Of a stretch of 64,000 nucleotides of DNA, positions 56,434-64,000 are shown one piece after another. The translations under genes and the position numbers were made by a program. Numbering within the stretch: position 1 is the first letter of the stretch; each line of letters starts with the position of its first letter. The notes under the pieces are model-generated. The model searched no databases and was not told the DNA's origin. It saw nothing but the letters and a program-made list of their open reading frames with translations. Origin of the DNA: Ignavibacteria bacterium (lineage in GTDB: Bacteria > Bacteroidota > Ignavibacteria > Kapaibacteriales > Kapaibacteriaceae); NCBI GenBank assembly GCA_947495975.1, contig CANMBE010000009.1, positions 14,560-78,559 on the forward strand, read 5' to 3'.

Positions 56434-57825
56434 TTGAACACAGAGCTCATCATGTTAGGGGGCGCCGAAGAGGTTGGTGCAAACAGTTGTTACCTCAATA
56501 TTGACGGGACGGGCATTATTGTTGATGCCGGGATTCATCCGCGTGATCGGACAGAAAAGGCCTTCCCTGCAGTAGACATGATAGGTGACCGCGAGACGGA
56601 CGTTTTGTTGATAACACACGCTCATGCAGATCATCTTGGGGGATTGCCCTACGTTATGAGGCGTTTTCCGCATTTGCGACCAATAATGACGCATGCCACG
56701 CGAGACTTGAGCCACATTACACTTCATAATGGTGCCCGACTACTACGGTCGGATATTGCAGACCATGTTCCCCGGGAATGGTTAGAGTTCTACAATCGAG
56801 ATGCAATCGAGCTATTGCGGTACGCCTTTGAGGCAATACGCTATGATGAGCCCCTTACCTTTCGCGGGTATCGAGGTCGGTCAGATGTGACGGCCAAATT
56901 TCATTGGGCAGGCCACATACTTGGCTCTGCAGGAATCGGACTGTCTTGCAAGGGTCTCAACATTATGCACACGGGGGATGTTCAGTTTGAACACCAAACT
57001 GTGATACCTAAGGCCACATTTCCACGGCATCATGTTGACGTGCTCATAACGGAAGCAACGAACGGATCCGAAGACTCTATGCCATCGATAGGCGAGGAAT
57101 CAAAACGGTTGGCAGCGTTCATTAATTCAATTAGTGAAAGAAACGGCTCAATACTGATTCCATGTTTTGCACTTGGTAAAATGCAAGAGATGCTAGTCCT
57201 GCTCTATAGTATGATGCGCAGAGGCTCCATACCAAACCTGCCCATCCATACTGGGGGGATGGGAATACGCATCAGCAAGATCTACGATCAATATTGTTAC
57301 AGCGACCCGATGCGGCGTCCAGGCTTTGAGGTCTCAGACGTTGCACAAGAATCAATTCAGCGGGGGGAACTGCACAACGGTGCGTATCTCAAGACGCCTT
57401 CAATTGTCCTTGCTTCGTCCGGAATGTTGAACACTGGAACGATCTCCTATAACCTTGCTCTTCAGTGGATGACACGACCAAAATTTGGCATTGCCTTTAT
57501 TGGGTACCAACATCCAAGTACGCCTGGTTATCAGCTTTTGCATTCTACGATGAAAACACCGTTCGATCTCGCAAGTTTACGTGCAACTCGTTCTTGCGAG
57601 ATCGGCCGATTTCGATTCAGTGCTCATTCTTCGAGAGAAGGACTTGTGTCTTTTGCACAAGATGTGAGCCCTTCCACAGTTGTAATCATGCATGGCGAAC
57701 CTGATGCATGTGACGACCTTGCACTCGAGATACGCGATCGTCTACCAGGTGCACGCATTATCGTACCACGCCTAGGCACGGTCTACAACATAGGCAAGGA
57801 ACAAGATCACATTAGTGTTGAATGA
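56434..57825 (+). CDS. Beta-CASP metallo-beta-lactamase-fold ribonuclease (start probably TTG 56434)
   Basis: LGGAEEVGANS, THAHADHLG, AGHILGS, HTGD, ITEAT, LIPCFALGKMQE, FSAH. Confidence 0.88.
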   Translation: MNTELIMLGGAEEVGANSCYLNIDGTGIIVDAGIHPRDRTEKAFPAVDMIGDRETDVLLITHAHADHLGGLPYVMRRFPHLRPIMTHATRDLSHITLHNGARLLRSDIADHVPREWLEFYNRDAIELLRYAFEAIRYDEPLTFRGYRGRSDVTAKFHWAGHILGSAGIGLSCKGLNIMHTGDVQFEHQTVIPKATFPRHHVDVLITEATNGSEDSMPSIGEESKRLAAFINSISERNGSILIPCFALGKMQEMLVLLYSMMRRGSIPNLPIHTGGMGIRISKIYDQYCYSDPMRRPGFEVSDVAQESIQRGELHNGAYLKTPSIVLASSGMLNTGTISYNLALQWMTRPKFGIAFIGYQHPSTPGYQLLHSTMKTPFDLASLRATRSCEIGRFRFSAHSSREGLVSFAQDVSPSTVVIMHGEPDACDDLALEIRDRLPGARIIVPRLGTVYNIGKEQDHISVE

Positions 57826-58447
57826 GCGTTGGGCGAGTGCACTTCTGTCCATCTGCTCCACTCACAATGATTGTATACATGCCAGTTGGAATGTCTCGGA
57901 CATCAATCTCTAGTGTTGTTGAGGCCGGATGTATTGTATGCGACCGAATGAGTAGTCCGCGTACATCTCGGATTTCAATCATTGATGCACCTTTCAACGT
58001 CCAACTCGCAGTGATTCCGTTAGACGCCGGCAATGGATACACTGAAAGATGACCTTGTTCTGAGATTTCGTTGCTTACAGTGTTTACCAATTGGTATGGT
58101 GCATTCATCTGAATAAAGGCATGACTCAGAATTGCAACTTTAGGTCTTATGGTGCTGCGGATCACGAACCTGTATTTTGATCCCATTGGCTGATCAAATG
58201 GTATCGTCCACACAAATCGTCTAAGCGAAGTAAGGATGTTTGATGCTATCACTGTGGTTGTAGAGCGTTCTCCGTCCCAGAGTTCTAGTGTTGCACGCTC
58301 CGATGCGAGTGCCTCGTCCCAGGTGATTGTAACGGTCTTTCCTGGAGCAAGAGGAACCTCAGTTGCCCCTCCAGAAGGCCAGATGTGTGCAGAACTGCTC
58401 GCAACAAGTATGAATGTTGAGCAGATGAAGAAAATCGTTTTCATCAT
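57812..58447 (-). CDS. Small T9SS cargo (211 aa), one Ig-like domain plus CTD
   Basis: Signal peptide; LAPGKTVTITWD...LELWDG...FVWTIP...YRFVI; CTD VYPLPAS...DVRGLLI...GMYTIIV. Confidence 0.7.
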   Translation of the reverse strand: MMKTIFFICSTFILVASSSAHIWPSGGATEVPLAPGKTVTITWDEALASERATLELWDGERSTTTVIASNILTSLRRFVWTIPFDQPMGSKYRFVIRSTIRPKVAILSHAFIQMNAPYQLVNTVSNEISEQGHLSVYPLPASNGITASWTLKGASMIEIRDVRGLLIRSHTIHPASTTLEIDVRDIPTGMYTIIVSGADGQKCTRPTLIQH

Positions 58448-59436
58448 TCGTCTTTCTTGATAATCATGAGTGGATGAGTGGTAGCACGAATGTTATCGTT
58501 AACCACAATTGCATAGAGTCCCACCGGCAGTGAGCGTGTGGAAATTGATACCTGACCACCTGCAATCGTCTGTGAATAAGCAATTCTGCCTTGCTGATCA
58601 TAGATGTTTACGTAGCCAGGATTCTCGCAAGGACATGATATGTGCAGTTCAGATGTACCGTGCCTCACTGTGCGCTCGCACTGTGAGCCTCCGTAATGCA
58701 CACTAGTGGCAGACTTACGAAAGTGAGCCACGTAAACAACAGCACGCTGCACAGGCCAGCACATATAATCTAGAAGTTGCCGCGGCATTGAGTCATTTGG
58801 TAAAAGCGAACCATCATCAGAGGTCCATCGCTCAAACGTATAGCCTGCACCTTCAAACGCCGTTAGCATCATACCATCATGCACGGAATGATCCTGATTT
58901 GCACTCGTTGGTTCTACAAGTCCAAGTGCCGTAATGTCTTCGCCTGTGGCAATGTCAACAGCACGTGCGTAAGCTTTAAAGCCCGTGGCCTTCCGAAAGA
59001 TTATCCGCGATGTATCGTGTTCTTCGCTCCCATGCCAATATGTGCAATACAATTGTACCTCGTATTGAACCGGTTGCTGGGCAGAATCAAGCACTGGCAG
59101 ACGTTCTCTTGGAATAAGCGTCACCAGTGATGGGCCGTTACACGTGATGTCTGAGAGAATCTCTTGGCGTACTCGTGAACCGGCGAACGAGACGAATCGG
59201 AATAAGCGTGCACAAACTGGATCCGCACTCGAGTAATGTTTTTGCATCGCCTTGGTGATACCTATCCGCAGTGTATCCATGCATCGTGGAATTACGCCAG
59301 ACCAACCTTGTTCTGGCCGCAAATCAATCCACGTTTCATGACAAGTAATGCTGGTTTCCCACTGAGTGTGCGCCGGCGCACACATCAGCAAAACAGCAAT
59401 GATAGTGACTACAAAGCGTGTGAGTATATGTATCAT
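58444..59436 (-). CDS. T9SS cargo (330 aa) with a divergent InlB B-repeat-like domain
   Basis: Start at ATGA overlap (59436); PAHT|Q; LTAFEGAGYTFERWTS...YVAHF; CTD YDQQGRI...VGLYAIVV. Confidence 0.65.
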   Translation of the reverse strand: MIHILTRFVVTIIAVLLMCAPAHTQWETSITCHETWIDLRPEQGWSGVIPRCMDTLRIGITKAMQKHYSSADPVCARLFRFVSFAGSRVRQEILSDITCNGPSLVTLIPRERLPVLDSAQQPVQYEVQLYCTYWHGSEEHDTSRIIFRKATGFKAYARAVDIATGEDITALGLVEPTSANQDHSVHDGMMLTAFEGAGYTFERWTSDDGSLLPNDSMPRQLLDYMCWPVQRAVVYVAHFRKSATSVHYGGSQCERTVRHGTSELHISCPCENPGYVNIYDQQGRIAYSQTIAGGQVSISTRSLPVGLYAIVVNDNIRATTHPLMIIKKDE

Positions 59437-62400
59437 CGGACAACTGAGCGAGATACATACCATTGTCCGCGCAGTCGGTATGTAATGTTCTCGTGTCTTG
59501 CTTCTATTCTCGGAGCAGTTGCGGTACGCATTCCCCACAATTCTTGCCGGTCTTCGAGGAAGGATGCTTCGCCTAAGTGTTCGTCCTGTTCATCAGGCGC
59601 TATGAGGGCACCTATGAGATCGGCCCCAGTTTTAATGAGATCAGGAAGTATTGTTTCCCAGTCTAATTCTTTATTTGGCTCGTTACTACCATACGTTTCT
59701 GCGCGCTTGCGCACGCTGTTGATAACATCGCCAAGTCTATTGACGAGACAGTCGTTTTCATCCTTGCAATCTTCGTCCCATGTTGACATTGCCCACCAGG
59801 CCACATCTGACTCGCCCATCCAAGCGGTTTGAAGCCAAACAACTTTGTCGCCAAAGCTTTGTGGCTGTTCTTTATCGCTGTACGCGTTTGTGCATTCCCC
59901 TTGGGAACCCTGTTGTTGACCGCAGTCCGGAATGCGTGCAAATCCCTGCGACGTTAGCAGAGCGGCGTCAACGGCTAGATCAGCCCCATACATTGCATGA
60001 TAGATTTCACCATTGTTTTCGAATGGCCATATGTCCCAGTCGCCGTCATATGCAATGTCTGCTTCACGTAAACGAAGACCATACCCTGGCAACTCCATTC
60101 GCCGTAGCGTAAACATGTGATCAGTGCGAAGCGGATCACCAGACGCAGACATCAGTCCTGTTGAACATGTTAGGTCTATTATTCCACCATGTAAAGCTTG
60201 CTTGATAGGACGCGTTGTAGGATCGCAGATAAAGAACTCAACGATGTCTGCCGATTGTCCATTCGTGGGAAGAAAGTTTGTATTCCCATTTGTCCCGGTA
60301 CGTACTGCAAAGTCGAGACCTTCTGCATGTGGATCTGTGACGAGTAAATTATCAGAGCTTTCGGCTCTCATCGCTCCTGCTAACACAGAGGGTCCGTCAA
60401 CTGGCATTGTAAACTTGACCTTTACACTTGTCCCTTTTCGCGGTACATATTCAAGCTGTCTTCCACTACGTGGCTCGTCTGAATCCAGATCATAGTAGGT
60501 TGCGGGATCAAACCATCGCTCTTCGAACCGCGCTTCTGACCTTACGCCTCTTGCGTTTCCGCGCACACGCAATCCTATAGATGCAATGCCAAAGTATTGG
60601 CGAAATGCAGCTTGCATGCGTACCTCTGGAGTTCCTGTTGTTTGCTCTAGACAGTTGACTGCATCAAACTGAGCAACGTCGAGATCCATCACCATTGTAT
60701 ACGTTGCGATCTTTTCGGTTATACTTTCAACTGCAGGGATTGCATAACGTGGCAACCGAGCCCACCACCTCCACTCTTCGCCTCGTTTGGTTGCCGCACG
60801 CACAACAAATCGAATATTGTCGCCGCAATGAAAGGCATACCGTGCATATGGTTTGCCCCCGTGCTCACATGTAACATGAGCTGTTGGTACCCATACATCA
60901 AAGCCGTTCACGCGGCAACGACGTTCCACATCAACTCTCGTTTCTGCGTGGGGAAGTTTTCCAACGAGTACATTGTTTGGGTCTTCGGAACCAAGTAATA
61001 CGCGTTCAACACGCAGGTCAATCTGCTTTCGCCTCGCAAAAATCACAACAGCATTCTCTGGATTAAGAAGTGTAGCAGTTAGGCACAGTTCTGCTCTGCC
61101 TTTATCGAACCATACAGGTGGACCCACTGCCGGATCGTGATATCCGGTGATCTCCCAGCACCGTGATGCCTGAGCACATACAGTACGGGTTACCTGCACT
61201 GCATCTTCAAATTCTTGTGCTGTTGAGAATGAGATACCCTCTGCCACGTTAAAGAGTGGGTCGGGATCGGTGTCTGTTAGCCTTGCCACAAGTCTGTACA
61301 CCTCTAGCCTCGAGGGAATGAGAGGATAGAACCTGGGCGTCACAATCACCACCTGGGGTTGATTGTTTATAGCACCGCCTGGCCAACCGAGTGTATTCAT
61401 TAGGACAAGTTTTGGGATGGTGATAGTAGCACCTGTAGCGCCGCCCACACCGGGTATGGTTGAGCTCCATGACTTGAAGGCATTGTTTTGTCTGGCCGTT
61501 GCAATACACGTGAGCTTCGTAGTGCGGGTAGACACGAAGAGTGTCTTTGTTGATTCAACCTTGGCTAGGTGCTCACCTTCTTGGTCATATACATCCACAA
61601 TTCCTCCCGTATCACCTTCGAACACAATGCCGATGGAGTCTATGTGCTCTATGACCGCATTTACAGCCATTACTTCTGCATATAATTCACATGGTATTGT
61701 TGCATCAAGCCTTAGGGTGGTAAGCCCGTTTACGTGTGGTAGGTCTGTGGATTCCCATCGTATAAATCGCCAGTGGTTGGGCAGATTATCAGGCACTGTT
61801 GCAACAAAGGCCGTTCCGTGATGGCTTACATTATCGTTGTTTGTAAGTGTCTCAACAACATCCTTTGGTACCGGTCTGCCATCAACGGCTTTTACATGCA
61901 GTTGGATTTTCCCTGCGCCCCTTACTATGCATTCGTATGTTCGATTGTCGAATTGATCGCCAGTTATTGTTGACATCTGGCACTGAAGTCGAAGCGAGTT
62001 GCCAACATTCCAGCCGTTCGGAGAATAGATACTCACTACTTGCCGCTGAGGATCTAGTGTAATGGCGGTCTCAACTCTTCGCCATGATCCATCGCCACGG
62101 GGACTCTCCAGCACGAATATCTTTTGCAGAGAGTTAGATAGCGGTAGGGGTTGCGTAATACGAATCGTGAGTGGCATTGCACACGTGATCACACTCACAC
62201 TGTCTAACGTACACGATTGTATTTGTGGAACATCACGTACAGTTGTAAACGTGTATTCCAGACGTGCACATAGTTCTCCACTATGACGTTCATCAAGAGC
62301 CACACCACTAACCACACAGCGATAGGTGGTGTTTGGTAGTAGTTGATTCGGCGTCCACCGAATCGTGCGTGTGTCATCTGTTGTGGTGCGTCCCGCAACC

Positions 62401-62714
62401 GCGTGCGCTACCCATCGTGAACGATTTGTACGCTTAGCAATGTTTTCGCGAAGCAGCAGTACTGTTGGTTCAGTGGGACGCCATCCTGTTCGTTCTGCAT
62501 TTGGTGCTTGAAGCGTTAGGCTACGAGGATCAAACTCTGCTGGGGTTCGAATAATAATTGAAGCTGAAGTTGAGATTGCATTTTGTCCGGGCAACGGAAA
62601 TACGGCTTTGAGCTGTGGCACGTTCTGCGCCTGCATAACTTCAGTGGCGATACAAATGAGTGCGATAGTGACCGAAGGTCCACGCACCCAACTGGGAAAT
62701 AAATGTAGATACAT
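59433..62714 (-). CDS. Large secreted protein (about 1093 aa): SbsA/Big_5 Ig-like domains, InlB-like repeats, acidic C2-like C-terminal domain
   Basis: VMQA|Q; AVFPLPGQNAISTSASI...LLPNTTYRC...YTFTT (Big_5); FIRWES, FKSWSS repeats; DGDWD...GEIY...WDED...DEHLG. Confidence 0.65.
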   Translation of the reverse strand: MYLHLFPSWVRGPSVTIALICIATEVMQAQNVPQLKAVFPLPGQNAISTSASIIIRTPAEFDPRSLTLQAPNAERTGWRPTEPTVLLLRENIAKRTNRSRWVAHAVAGRTTTDDTRTIRWTPNQLLPNTTYRCVVSGVALDERHSGELCARLEYTFTTVRDVPQIQSCTLDSVSVITCAMPLTIRITQPLPLSNSLQKIFVLESPRGDGSWRRVETAITLDPQRQVVSIYSPNGWNVGNSLRLQCQMSTITGDQFDNRTYECIVRGAGKIQLHVKAVDGRPVPKDVVETLTNNDNVSHHGTAFVATVPDNLPNHWRFIRWESTDLPHVNGLTTLRLDATIPCELYAEVMAVNAVIEHIDSIGIVFEGDTGGIVDVYDQEGEHLAKVESTKTLFVSTRTTKLTCIATARQNNAFKSWSSTIPGVGGATGATITIPKLVLMNTLGWPGGAINNQPQVVIVTPRFYPLIPSRLEVYRLVARLTDTDPDPLFNVAEGISFSTAQEFEDAVQVTRTVCAQASRCWEITGYHDPAVGPPVWFDKGRAELCLTATLLNPENAVVIFARRKQIDLRVERVLLGSEDPNNVLVGKLPHAETRVDVERRCRVNGFDVWVPTAHVTCEHGGKPYARYAFHCGDNIRFVVRAATKRGEEWRWWARLPRYAIPAVESITEKIATYTMVMDLDVAQFDAVNCLEQTTGTPEVRMQAAFRQYFGIASIGLRVRGNARGVRSEARFEERWFDPATYYDLDSDEPRSGRQLEYVPRKGTSVKVKFTMPVDGPSVLAGAMRAESSDNLLVTDPHAEGLDFAVRTGTNGNTNFLPTNGQSADIVEFFICDPTTRPIKQALHGGIIDLTCSTGLMSASGDPLRTDHMFTLRRMELPGYGLRLREADIAYDGDWDIWPFENNGEIYHAMYGADLAVDAALLTSQGFARIPDCGQQQGSQGECTNAYSDKEQPQSFGDKVVWLQTAWMGESDVAWWAMSTWDEDCKDENDCLVNRLGDVINSVRKRAETYGSNEPNKELDWETILPDLIKTGADLIGALIAPDEQDEHLGEASFLEDRQELWGMRTATAPRIEARHENITYRLRGQWYVSRSVVR

Positions 62715-62790
62715 CACAACCTCTGTAAGTGATAGAGAATTGCGCCCTCTTCAATAATCATGAAAGGGGCGTCAGGAGGTTGTGTGTTGA
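62711..62790 (-). promoter_or_regulatory. 5' leader able to sequester the RBS and start codon of the 1093-aa gene
   Basis: CACAACCTC (62784-62776) is exactly complementary to GAGGTTGTG (62723-62715); it encloses an imperfect 12-bp hairpin (62742-62772). Confidence 0.5.
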
Positions 62791-62846
62791 ACGAGTTGAA
62801 ACGTGACGCGCTGCAAAATGATTTATGCAGACGCTCGTGATTTAGG

Positions 62847-63656
62847 TTACTGAATCTTAATCAGATATACGTGGGGCCAATTCTTGCCCGTTATGTAGAC
62901 GGCTTTTGCTTGTGCGTTGTAGGCAATTCCATTAAGAACATCTGTGCTGACTCTTCTCTCTGAATCGGGTAGGAGTCCAGTTAGATCAATCATTCCCGTT
63001 ACCTGCCCCGACGTGGGATTAATGCTGACTATGCGATCTGACTGCCATACGTTGGCCCATATCTCACCCTCTATCCACTCAAGTTCGTTGAGCTGGCCCA
63101 CGGGCGAACCATTCAGCGTGACTGCTATACTGCGTTGCACGGCGTGACTCTTTGGATCAATCACGCTAAGGACATGAGATCCGTTACTCATGATCAGATT
63201 CGTTCCATCATTTGTTAAGCCCCATCCCTCTCCTGCATACGAGAACGAGTCTATCTTCTTCAGACTTACAGGGTCAAAGACTATACCTGTTTGATTGAGC
63301 CATGTAATCATATAGACAGCGCCATTGAGTACCGTCATGCCCTCACCAAAGTACCGATCATCTAAGCGCTCAATCTTCTTGACCTTGCCGGTGCGGATAT
63401 CTACTCTACGGATACTTGATTGGCCGTATTGGCCCGTGCTCTCCAGAAAAACTCCGTTGAATAACACAAGGCCTTGTGTGAAGGCTGAAAGGTCATGCGG
63501 ATATTTCTCTATCACAACATAGCTATACGTCCGGACCGTTGGTTGGGACTCTGCTGCGGGAGGATTCTCCACTGTTACCCTTTCTGCAAGAGGCCTCTCC
63601 GTGGAGCACGCCTCTAGAATGGCACATATAATGATTGGGAAGATTCTGCGAATCAT
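62847..63656 (-). CDS. Glutaminyl-peptide cyclotransferase, type II (plant/bacterial beta-propeller), lipoprotein
   Basis: LEAC lipobox; YPHDLSAFTQGL, ESTGQYG, FGEGMT, GEGWGLT, LNELE, WANVW, VLNGIA, TGKNW. Confidence 0.95.
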   Translation of the reverse strand: MIRRIFPIIICAILEACSTERPLAERVTVENPPAAESQPTVRTYSYVVIEKYPHDLSAFTQGLVLFNGVFLESTGQYGQSSIRRVDIRTGKVKKIERLDDRYFGEGMTVLNGAVYMITWLNQTGIVFDPVSLKKIDSFSYAGEGWGLTNDGTNLIMSNGSHVLSVIDPKSHAVQRSIAVTLNGSPVGQLNELEWIEGEIWANVWQSDRIVSINPTSGQVTGMIDLTGLLPDSERRVSTDVLNGIAYNAQAKAVYITGKNWPHVYLIKIQ

Positions 63657-63715
63657 ATTCTCTTCTTTGTGTGTGCTGCGAATCTACTGAACACCCATGG
63701 CATGCCCGCGTTAAC

Positions 63716-63723
63716 TAGTTTTG
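63716..63723 (+). promoter_or_regulatory. -7 element TAGTTTTG
   Basis: Exact TAnnTTTG, 9 nt before ATG 63733. Confidence 0.5.
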
Positions 63724-63732
63724 AACCCACCT

Positions 63733-64000
63733 ATGAACTATTCGTCGACTCAACATTTGATCGTAACCAGGCAAATGCTCATGCTGGGGTTATGTGTCTC
63801 GCTGGTTTCCTGTACTACGGAAAAGACTCCGGAGTATATGTCAAAACACGATCAAGCCGATTCATTGGCGTCAATTCAGAATGTCAAGCAACGACACATG
63901 GACTCGCTTGAAAAGCGCTTTCCTCGTATTACATATCACACGTTGGCCGTTTCGTCCAAAAGCGTTCTCGATAGTGTGCGCAGGACGTTTGCAAAGACAA
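63733..64000 (+). CDS. Putative lipoprotein, N-terminal part (runs off the window; not in the ORF track)
   Basis: Own translation MNYSSTQHLIVTRQMLMLGLCVSLVSC|TTEKTPEY...; open to the window end; lipobox LVSC. Confidence 0.65.
   Translation, partial: MNYSSTQHLIVTRQMLMLGLCVSLVSCTTEKTPEYMSKHDQADSLASIQNVKQRHMDSLEKRFPRITYHTLAVSSKSVLDSVRRTFAKT

Noticed and set aside
23891-57825. Convergent 3' overlaps (23891/23894, 28534/28537, 57812/57825) as antisense regulation
   Set aside because: Overlaps of 4-14 nt are ordinary in compact genomes.
24-63522. The many 60-270 aa antisense or alternate-frame ORFs in the track (e.g. 13641-14291, 32785-33591, 47890-48450, 59236-59832)
   Set aside because: They lie entirely within well-supported genes and lack motifs; they are shadow ORFs.
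63669-63911. 80-aa ORF-track call
   Set aside because: It overlaps a better lipoprotein frame starting at 63733.
1-64000. CRISPR arrays, tRNA/rRNA, IS elements, prophage, defence systems
   Set aside because: No regularly spaced repeats, cloverleaf-like sequences, transposase/integrase motifs or phage and defence genes were seen; intergenic gaps are short.

Overview
Gene-dense bacterial chromosome segment. I found no rRNA, tRNA, CRISPR array, IS element or phage genes. It belongs to a Bacteroidota-superphylum organism: TAnnTTTG -7 promoter elements, a SusC-type receptor and eight type IX secretion (T9SS) C-terminal sorting domains. The gene style suggests Kapabacteria/Ignavibacteria-like relatives, which is inference only. 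Contents in order: (i) a partial SusC/RagA receptor; (ii) a phototrophy module, crtY-blh divergent from a DTE proteorhodopsin that carries a Gly at the carotenoid-antenna fenestration site; (iii) rlmN, an FAD oxidoreductase and an ECF sigma/anti-sigma pair; (iv) a long minus-strand run guaA-DUF2231-like-DJ-1-metG-ftsL-ftsI-cohesin/T9SS-OmpA-like; (v) MFS, cdd, mutY and glycosyl/methyltransferases; (vi) a ~15 kb cluster of T9SS cargo with cohesin-like, insertion-bearing dockerin-like, Pmp-like GGA(I/L/V)/FxxN, cadherin-like and a repeated 'ELPPxP..FDxR' domain, with no recognisable catalytic domain; (vii) branched-chain amino acid/acyl-CoA genes, including an IcmF split into two intact ORFs by a DUF4397 lipoprotein gene; (viii) a beta-CASP nuclease, a three-gene Ig/InlB-repeat operon whose leader can occlude its own RBS, a type II glutaminyl cyclase and a partial lipoprotein. 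Best candidates for new biology: the cohesin-dockerin T9SS surface-complex cluster, the split IcmF and the fenestrated rhodopsin. All domain calls are by eye; no HMM, BLAST or folding program was run.
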